In this document: positions 54,399 to 64,000 of the stretch, one piece after another
How the letters are laid out: each line of letters opens with the position of its first letter
Position numbering within the stretch: position 1 is the stretch's first letter
Assembly (NCBI GenBank): GCA_002104945.1
Contig: MCFH01000047.1
Location: 384,338 to 448,337 of the forward strand
Source of the DNA: Piromyces finnis finn
Lineage: Eukaryota; Fungi; Neocallimastigomycota
Direction: 5' to 3'
Length of the DNA stretch: 64,000 bases
Position numbers and translations under genes: made by a program
The notes under the pieces: generated by a model
What the model was told of the DNA's origin: nothing
The model's input: only the letters and a program-made list of their open reading frames with translations
Database searches by the model: none

Positions 54399-55716
54399 AT
54401 GGGAAATAAATTACTAGATACTTTAGTTGAATCGAAGCCATCTGAAATCAATTTAAATGATAGAGGTTTAAAAGAATTTTCAGAAAGATTAAGTATGTAA
54501 AATTATATGAATATGTTACTATTTCAAAACATTTATATTTATATATATTTATATATATTAAGCAACAATCACAGAATTGGAATCATTATATTTGTCAAAC
54601 AATAAAATTAAAGGTATTTAATTCATAAAAATAATTTGAAGTATTTTTAATATATAGTTATCATATAAAGTATATTTTTATCGAAATAATAATATATATA
54701 ATTAAACAATAATAACAGAAATACCTGAGAGTATTAGTAACATTAAAAAACTTTCTACATTAAATTTGTATCACAATAAAATAACAAAAATCCCTACAAC
54801 TATCAATGCAATCTCATGTTTACGCTACTTAAACGTTAGGTATAAAGTAAAGAACAAAAAATTTAATTATACTTTTAAAAATTATTAACAAAATTGTTAT
54901 ATATATATTTAAATTAAATAGTAACAATAATATTTCTGAAATACCAAGTGGTTTTGGTAGTTGTCCAAATCTTGAGGTTTTAGATTTAAGCTGTAATAAT
55001 ATTTCATCTATTCGTTCAAATTTCGGTTATTTAAGTAAATGATCATAATATATTATTAAGCTATTCAAAAAAATAATGCTTTATAATATTATTTATTCTT
55101 AAATGGAATTTTATATACAAATATAATAAAACGTTAATATAGCTACTTTAAAAGCTTTATATATGTCTGATAATAAAATTGAAACATTACCTCCGGAATT
55201 TACAAACTTAACAAAATTAGAAACTGTATACTATTAATAATAATTAAAATCAAAAAATTATTATTTTATAATATTATATAATTTATTTTAATATACCTTT
55301 TAATAAATAATTATTACTAATGTAGATTTCATTAAGAAATAATAAATTAACATCATTGCCTGATAATATTGGAAAGCTAAAAAATTTGAAAGAATTTTTA
55401 CTTCAAGGAAACAAATTGAAAGTTTTACCAATATCATTAAGTAATATTCAAAAAAAAAAAAAAAAAAAAAAAAACAATTTATATTATTATATTGAATTAT
55501 AAAAAAACAATAATTAAAATTATATATATTATATTTCATGTATTATAAAAATTAATATTAGGTGATTGCCCATTAGTTGGTGAAAATAGATATTTAAAAT
55601 TAGCAGGAAATCCATTACATAAAGATATAATAAATCAGTTAAATAAAGGAGGAACAGAAGCTCTATTTGAATTAATGAAAAGTATTGAATATTATGATAT
55701 TATAGAAAATAAATAA
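54399..55716 (+). CDS. RSU1: Ras suppressor protein 1 (RSU1) orthologue, LRR protein, 7 exons
   Basis: Exons 54399-54492, 54563-54613, 54719-54839, 54922-55034, 55143-55225, 55326-55440 and 55562-55716 splice in frame. Peptides GFGSCPNLEVLDLSCNN, NFGYLTTLKALYMSDN, LPPEFTNLTKLE and LQGNKLKVLP closely parallel RSU1. Confidence 0.85.
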
Positions 55717-56057
55717 CAGCAGTATCAATAATTATATGATATTCTAAATATATCTATAATTTTTATTATTATTTTATTAATATAATTTAAAAAATTATTT
55801 GGAATCTTTTTATAATAAATATAATTTTTAATATAGTCATACTAAATATTTTAAATCTTTAATATTTAAATGTTTTTTTAATTAATATATTTTTGTTTTC
55901 TTATTTTAATTTATATTAATACAAAAAATAAATATAAAAATAAAAAATAAAATAAATATAATAATTAAAAGGTTTATCTTTATTCTCATTCGTTAAAATT
56001 GTTATTATTATATGCATATATATTCTTTATTCTCTATATATTATTTTGATTTTATAA

Positions 56058-59000
56058 ATGAATATGGAAAATCCAAGTTACAAAAATCTAAATGCCAAAA
56101 TATTTATTAAATACGTAAAAGATGTTATAAGAAATTCAAATAATTATAACGAAATAGAAAATTCTCTATTAAATGTTGAGAACAATGTTGATTTTATGTA
56201 AATTTTAGAGAAATACAATATAGAGTTTTTTTTTTATTAAATATATAAACAAAATTTAAAATATTTTAATTGAAATTATTATTTTTTTGTGAAAATAGAA
56301 TTTTTCATTAGTATCTTTTATAAAAGGGAAAATTGATATTTTATTACAAAATTTATCAAATAATGGTATTATTTTCTTTTTTTCTTTTTAAATATTTATA
56401 TAATAAAATAAATTAAAATCATCTAAAGGATTTAAATTAATTATATTTCATAAATTTAAAGATAATAATGTTATGGATTTTGAGGAGATTAAGAATCTAA
56501 AAGAATATAGGGTAGAATTTAAACATGTAATGAATGATATTGAAAATTACATATATCATATGATAAAAAGTAGAAAAATACAATTTAGAAATTTTGATAA
56601 TTTAATATATGGTATATATATTTAATAATTTAGAAATGTTGAATTTGAAATTTGATTTTTTAAATAATTAAATTGAAATTTATTTTAAATTAAATTTCAA
56701 AATCCATTATACATTTAATCAATTTTGAATGTCATTATTTATAAAACTATTTATATAAATGAAAATGTCTTTAAAGAAAAAACATTTAGTGAATCAAAGA
56801 GTGAAGGAAATTTTAAAGAGAAAATTATCATTTTAAAAGTAAATATTATTAATGATAATATAAATTTTGATTATGAATTATATGACTTTGTTATTTTTAA
56901 TAAAAAACATATATATATTTTTTATTCTTTTTAATTATGTAGCAACTTAATTCACTCTCAATTAATGATTTGCTTTCTGAGGAATATGGCCAAAAGTTAA
57001 ATTTGTATTAAAAAGAGTTGTTAACGATAAAGAATAATGTTAGACTTTTACTTAATATAATGTTAAAAAAAATTATAATAACTATGGTTTTTATGATTAA
57101 TTATATTATTTATTAAAAGAATTGTAGATGAATACTTAAAACTTTACGAAAAAATTGATTAATATGGAAAAATATCCAGGAATTAAATAATTTATTTATA
57201 AATTTTTGTCAGTGTTTAATAGAGAATAATAAGATAAAATTACAGTTAAAAAAAAGATGTGTCATCTATGCTTTATTTTAATTTAAATGAACCACAAAAC
57301 ATAATATGGATGAAAAAAGTAAATAGTTTTTGTTTTTATTAGAATAAGCATTAAAATCAAAATCTATTAATATTAATATTAAAAATACATCAATATAAAT
57401 TATATATATTTGAATGATGAAGTATTTATTAAAATTCCAAAAATGATTCTTTTAAATTATTACAAATACCGAATGAAAGTCTTCGTGAATCATTTTTTAT
57501 TTTACTAAAATTATTGTTTGTTCCTTATAATAATTCAATGAAAAACAGTTACTTTATCCCTATACATATATTAAGTTTGTTAGATCCAAAATCTGAATGG
57601 ATAAATTGTGGATAAACAATGCACTATGTTTATCTTTTATAACTGAGTTTTTTCAACAGGAGGAGAATATTAATAATATAATATCAAATGTATTATGCTA
57701 TTATGATAATGTTTATGAAACAAATAATGTTAAAGTAACAAGAAATAATCTTTTGCTTTCGTCTGTTGTTAATCAAGGTTTAATACCTGTTGATTATATA
57801 GACATATTTTTTCCTTCAAAATCTTTTTATTTTGACAAAAGTTTCATCTACTTTTAATGGTAATAAATTATTTCCTATAATTATTAAAAATCAATAGAAA
57901 ATGAACATGAGTTAAAAATCAAACACCATTTCAATGAAAAAGAAGGTAATAAAATTAATATATGTATTTTTTTAGAGTAAATATATTTACGAAATAAAAT
58001 AGGATATTCATATATATAATTTTAAATCGTTTTTTTTATAGATGACTTTATCATGGAATAATAATTTTTTAGAAATAGTTTTTTCCTTATTCTATAAAAA
58101 TACATGTATTATTATGTACAACAGATAAAGCACAGAAATATAGCATGTTTTTCAATTTCAGATTATCTAAGTGAAATGTTTAATGCAAATCCGCATAATT
58201 GCTTTTTATACAAAAAATATAAAAAATGTAACATATTTATTAATTTATAGTTTATTAATGTATTTATTAATTAATATCAATTAAATTCATTTTAGGATAA
58301 TTGTAAAAATCCATTTTACAGCCTTTAGATTTTTATGAGAAATTAGATATGAATGAAAAAAGAAATTTTTTTTCATACTATAGTTTTATTGGGAATATAT
58401 TAAACCAAATTATAGACAAACTATCCATAATAGAATTTTATAATACTTTTTGCTATATAAATAATATATATGCACTCAGTATAAATATGATATAAATTAT
58501 ATATTGTATGAAAGATCATATAAAAATATAGAATCAAATCGGAAACTATATACTTTGACATAATAGAAAATTTATTATACACATAATAAGAGATAACTAC
58601 AAAGATAACATACAATATAATAACATTATATCTGTATATTTTAATATACTTAAAAAAATGGTATCAACATCTTATGGTTATATGGCTTTAAAAAGGTATA
58701 ATATATTGGAAAAGCTGTTAAATATATAAGGAAGAAAAGATGATAGTAAGAATCAATATTTCTAAAATGTATAATTGATTATTCCGCTTCTACACGAGGA
58801 TTATCTGATTTAATATTAATGGAATCATGACATTAAAGATTCAATTATAAAATACATTAATCTACCAAACATGAATATTTTATATATCATAAATATTTTT
58901 AATGAAGTAACTGATACTGAACTAATGAGGAATATTTATGATTTTAAATTTATCAAAACATTGTTAATATATTAATAAAATATATACAATGAATCAGTAT

Positions 59001-61020
59001 CCTTTTTAATTATAAATCTAATAATACTAAATGTTTATATTTTTTATATTTCTTTACCTTTTTTTTTATTTCGTATAATACATAAGGAAATATCCGAAAT
59101 TTCATTGGATTTTTGAACAATACTTTTTATATAATGTTTTATCATATCAAAATATAAGATCTATATTGTCTTTAGAAAAAATGAATTCAAATATGATAGT
59201 CATAATTATTTGTCAAATTTAATTCAATATTCTACAGAATCTTCAATGAATAATAAAATTAATATTAAAGTAGATGAATTATAAGAAGTTTTCAAATAAT
59301 TTATAAATCATTGTATATAATATATATATATAAATAATATATATATATAGTGATATTATTTTAAAAATATTATTCCAATTATCTTTGGACTCGATACTTA
59401 TTTCGAATCTGAACTTGATATTAGAAAATTAATATCGATAAACTAGAATACTTAATTGTAATTTTCATTATAATATGTTACAAATTATATATATTTATTT
59501 AAAATTCAATTTATAATTAAAATAACATATTTTTTTTTTTTACTTTAATAAATTTATTCACAACTTCTTGTAAGACTCAAATGAAGTAAAAAGTTTAGAG
59601 GGCGTATTAATAGATAATATATTCAATTCTATAAAAAATAGGAAATATTCAAGATTTAGCCAAAACATTATTAATAATAATTGTAATAATGCATCAGAAA
59701 TTTCGGAATACAATAACATCATAGGTTCATTAGATGATGGTATATTAGACCCATCATTATGGTTAAATAAAGCTCAGGTAAGAAGTTGAATATTTTAAAC
59801 TAAATCAAACATTATATTTGTTTAAAAGGAATTATAAATTAACATTTTTATTTAAAATTTTTTTAAAATATTATTATGCTTATAGATAAAATACATTGAA
59901 TTCTTAAATAAAAATCCATCTCCTGTTAATGTTATTTCTTTTGCTTCATGTCATCTTTTAAAAATAGTAAATAATATTGTTAAACTTAATGTACATATAA
60001 AGTTCCTGGTTGGTCAAAATTCAACTGTTAAAGTATAAAAAACTATATGGAAAAATCTCATTTCATGTAAATTTATATTGTTATAGAATAATCATATATT
60101 TAATTATAATTTATAAAATTAATATATTCTTTTTTTACATATTCTAAAATTTAATATTTGATCTTTTAATGTAGAAAAAAATAAAAAATAATGGAATAAA
60201 AAGATTTTAGATTATTATAAAAGAAATTTTAATATTACCAATAATTCATTACTTGAAAACCAAAAAGAGAATTTAAATGATTTATTAAACGAAGTAGAAA
60301 AAGTATTAAAATCCAAATATGACTTTTCATTAAAATCTAATGGTTTTTTTTCATCATTTGACTGGTTTACTTCTTTCATTTTTTGTATAATACCTGAACT
60401 TGATAATGCCAAAGAATTTATTCAAAAATTGAGTGAAACTGAATTTTCAATTTTTATGTGGTCATTTTCTCATAATCTTTCTTTAAATGAACAAAATATA
60501 TCTTATCCTGTTATTTATTATACTTTATGTAATTATGTTGAGCTAATATTAGACAAAGAACTACCGTTAATGTCTTCTATATTAAAAATTAATGAAATCA
60601 ATTTGATAAATGTAAAATAGTATATAATTTTATTTTTTAAATAATTTTAATAATACTTATTTAATTTATAATAATATATTTATAAAGGTTATTCAAAAAT
60701 GGTATAGAGAACTCTTTCTGAATATAGATATAAAACAGATAACTGAATGCATAATATTAATTTTTCTTTTTGGTTTAGATTATTATGTATATTATGTCAT
60801 CTCATTATTTAAACACATACATCCTACTCTCCTTGAACTTAATCAACAAAAATTTTTAAAACCTTTTTTATATTTAGATGATACTTATTTGATACCTATA
60901 TATCAAGTATCTTATTGTTCATATAATTTAAATAACTATTTTAAATATATGCAAAATCTACAATTAAAAATAGAAATTTTTTTTAATGACATACAACAAG
61001 TATTATATTCTTCTAATTAA
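56058..61020 (+). CDS. TBC1D32: TBC1D32/BROMI orthologue with several apparent 1-bp frameshifts (probably consensus errors)
   Basis: N-terminus FIKYVKDVIRNS...ENSLLNVE and NFSLVSFIKGKI. C-terminus YPVIYYTLCNYVELILDKELPL...VIQKWYRELF...LFGLDYYVYYVISLFKHI...NYFKYMQNL, paralleling the BROMI TBC-like C-terminus. Middle exons are interrupted. Confidence 0.75.
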
Positions 61021-61377
61021 ATAATATAAAATCTATAATATAAAAAATAAATAAATTATTATAACTTCAATTTATATGAATTTTTTATTTTATTTTATTT
61101 TATTTTTTTTTTATTTAATTTTCTTTTTTTTTTTTTAATTTATTTTTAATGTTAATGTGTAATATTATAAAGATATAATTTATGTATAATACTACAAATA
61201 AATTTATTTTCTTCGTCTAAATGATTCCTTTTTTTTTTTTTTTTTTTTTTAATTTATTACATTTGTATTATTTATTTATAAATTATAAAATAATTGATTA
61301 GAAAATAATCCAAAATATGAATTTCTTTATCAACATATTATATTTCTTTGTGTTCTATTTCTTTTTTTCTAATTAAT

Positions 61378-62366
61378 TTATTCAGCTTTTTCTTCAGCCT
61401 TTTCTTCAGCCTTTCTTCAGTCTTTTCTTCAGCCTTTTCTTCAGCTGGGCAGCACAGCCTTTGGTTCATCATTTAAACAATACTTTGGTGGCCATGAGAC
61501 ATCTTTAGTGTATTGTTCTTCCTTCCATGGTCCTGGATCGGTTCTAGAACATCCACCAGTACATTCTGGACATTCACAAGTACCACCAAGGAACTTAGGG
61601 AAGTTTTCTTTATCAATAACCTTGAAGATTTCACTTTCATATTTACCACCTAAAATCTTAATCTTCTTAACAGTAACTGGATCAAGAAGTGGTGTGATTA
61701 ATTTCCATGTAGAAGTGAAGAGCATTGGAGCATTAATAATAAACATTTGACCAAGCATTTCTGGGTAGTAATCTTGAGCAATAGCACTACTACTCTTAAT
61801 GAAACTGAAAGCTTTAGCAAATTGGAAAAGACCAACCTTCTTTAAATCCATAATAGTACAACTGGTTTCAATGTGTTCCAGCTCTGTTTGAGCAAGCTGG
61901 GAAACGAGTATGAATGAGTTTTTCATATTCATAAACGTGGTGATTAATCATTTTTTCTTCAGTGGTAACATTGAAAAGTTTCTTTAAATCTAATGGACCA
62001 AGTTGTTCGATGTAAATTGGTCTACCGTATTTATCAACCTTGTGATAGAAACGTGGGTAAAGTTTGTGAACTTCTTCTTCTTCTGGGAATTCAAAGTTTT
62101 TACATAAATCTTTAATTTTAATGCTTTCTCTCCACTTTTCACAGTTAGAAAACATTTCGTAGGTTTTAGTAAGGTTAAAATCTCTAGCACGGAGGAAACG
62201 TAATAATAAATAATCATTATGTTCTTCTTCCTTAAATTCATTCTTTTCTTTTAACATAGCTTTGAAATCATCTAAAGCTTTTTTTTTGTTCTTCAGTTAA
62301 ATTTTCAAGAGATCCTGGTTTTGGTTCTGGAATGAGAACTTCAACCTTGTTAGCTTCTTCGGCCAT
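61378..62366 (-). CDS. SEC14: Sec14-type phosphatidylinositol transfer protein (CRAL-TRIO), intronless, with apparent indel errors
   Basis: LLRFLRARDF, YPRFYHKVDKYGRPIYIEQLG, RFPACS, IETSCTIMDL, QDYYPEMLGQMFIINAP, LLDPVTVKKI and DPGPW. ATG at 62366, stop at 61378-61380. Frame breaks near 62280, 61877 and 61420-61455. Confidence 0.93.
61381..61445 (-). repeat. 12-bp coding tandem repeat (AEEK)n at the Sec14 C-terminus
   Basis: Five ttcagccttttc-like units. Confidence 0.85.
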
Positions 62367-64000
62367 TATTCTATTGAATAATAATAATAATAATAATAAT
62401 ATAATAATAATAACAATAACAATTCCATAATTAATATTTTTTATTATTAATTAATTATTTTTTTTATTTCATTTTTTTGAATATATATATATATATATGG
62501 AAATATAATAATAATAATAAAGTATAAATTTGTATTTATAATTTACAATAATATTTTATTATAATGCTATTGTTATAATTCAGTAATAATCATTTTTTTT
62601 AAAAAGTTATAATTAATATTTATATACTCATCAATTATTATATAATTAATACATATTATCTTTATTATTTAACTATTTTTCTTTTATATATATCATTTTA
62701 GCCTTTATGTAATTTTTCTTTCTTGTTTATAAAACGAAAAACAACTATATAATTTATAATATTTAATAATAAAAGAAACAATTTCGGATTATTTTTTATA
62801 CCTTAATATTTATTTATTGTTTTTAATAAAATATTTAACTGATTATTGTTTATTTTATTTATTTTTTTATTATTATTTTATTTTTCTCTTTTTTCATTAT
62901 TATTAATATTTAAAACTGTTAAATTAATAACAATTCTGGTATAGTTTAAAAAAAAAAAAAAAAAAGAAAATAGTTAAAAGTTATATTAAAAATTAACAGA
63001 TTAAATATATTAATTATTATAATAAATAAAATTTACCTATTAAAAAATTACCTATAATATATATTATTTATATACAATTAAGAAATCTTAATTTTATTTA
63101 TTAATAAAACAAATTATTATTGTTGTTTTTATTATAATATATTGAACAAGTTGATGGATGATTTATATTTAATTTTCATTGATTAAAATAATGATTTAAA
63201 ATTTATGTAAATGTATTTATATTAACAAATAACCTTGATATCAATGCATAAATAACTATTATTTTAAATAAATTATTAATAACTTTATTAGATGAGTAAA
63301 AAGTAAAAATAAAAAATAGTTTGAACTTAATCCTTTTTTTTTTTTTTTTTTATATATTTTATTTATTTATTATATTTCTACATTGACATAAGACATAATC
63401 TAAATAAATAGTAATATAATAATAATAAACTAAAAAATATGGTTGAAATATAAAGATTTGTGATAATTACACCATATCTATATTGGTAACAGATCTTATT
63501 TAACTTTTTTAAATAATTGATTATACCAAAAAATATCTATTTATTTATATTAAATCTGGGGAATAAAAAATAAGGTTTTATAATGTATGAAATGAAAAAC
63601 AAAAAACGAAAAATAAAACAAAAATAAAAATTATTAAAAACGTTATTATATGTATTACTTTTTCTTTTTATCCCATTTTAAAATAATAAATTATAATTAT
63701 GAATGAATGAAAAGTAAATAAATGAATAGCTTATATAAATTAATATTAAACGATATTGAACGATATTGAAATTATTGGATATGTCATAGTAATTATAAAT
63801 GATATCAGAAAATTAATAGGTTTTATTATTATTTTATATTGAATAAATATAACCGCAACTAAAACAAAAAAAAAAAAAACAAAATAAAAAAAATTTACTT
63901 TAATGAAATATACATTTTTTTCTAGTGGGTATATAAATAATAATTATTAACAAATTATAATTTCTTTTTTTTTTTAGGTATTTAACTTTTTTTTTTTTTT

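Noticed and set aside
62279-62287. Programmed ribosomal frameshift at the A9 run in SEC14
   Set aside because: Several other single-base indels in the same gene and the neighbouring gene point to consensus error.
1-64000. CRISPR arrays, rRNA and tRNA genes, bacterial operons; GTG/TTG starts in the ORF track
   Set aside because: The DNA is eukaryotic and spliced. No repeat-spacer array or RNA-gene signature was seen, and the alternative starts are artefacts of the ORF caller.

Overview
Extremely AT-rich, intron-containing eukaryotic DNA, almost certainly from an anaerobic gut fungus (Neocallimastigomycota). That assignment rests on a fungal non-catalytic dockerin, a hydrogenosome-type leader on Ilv3, and flagellar genes. 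In order, the window holds: a 5'-truncated Edc1/PNRC-type decapping enhancer, a previously unflagged GH6+dockerin cellulosome pseudogene, ILV3, a non-LTR retrotransposon 3' fragment, a CCP5/AGBL5-like tubulin deglutamylase, a WDR49/64-like EF-hand/WD40 gene, RPA49, a BTB protein, DLEC1/CFAP81, a WDR97/87-like gene, an F-box/LRR gene, OCRL/INPP5B, an RSU1 orthologue, a TBC1D32/BROMI orthologue and SEC14. Most notable are six cilium/flagellum-associated genes within about 49 kb, the RSU1 orthologue, the GH6-dockerin pseudogene, a candidate U12-type splice donor and an unexplained GC-rich island near 49.2 kb. The 56-62.4 kb stretch has many 1-bp homopolymer indels that look like consensus errors. 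No rRNA, tRNA or CRISPR was seen. All family calls come from motif recognition by eye, not database searches.
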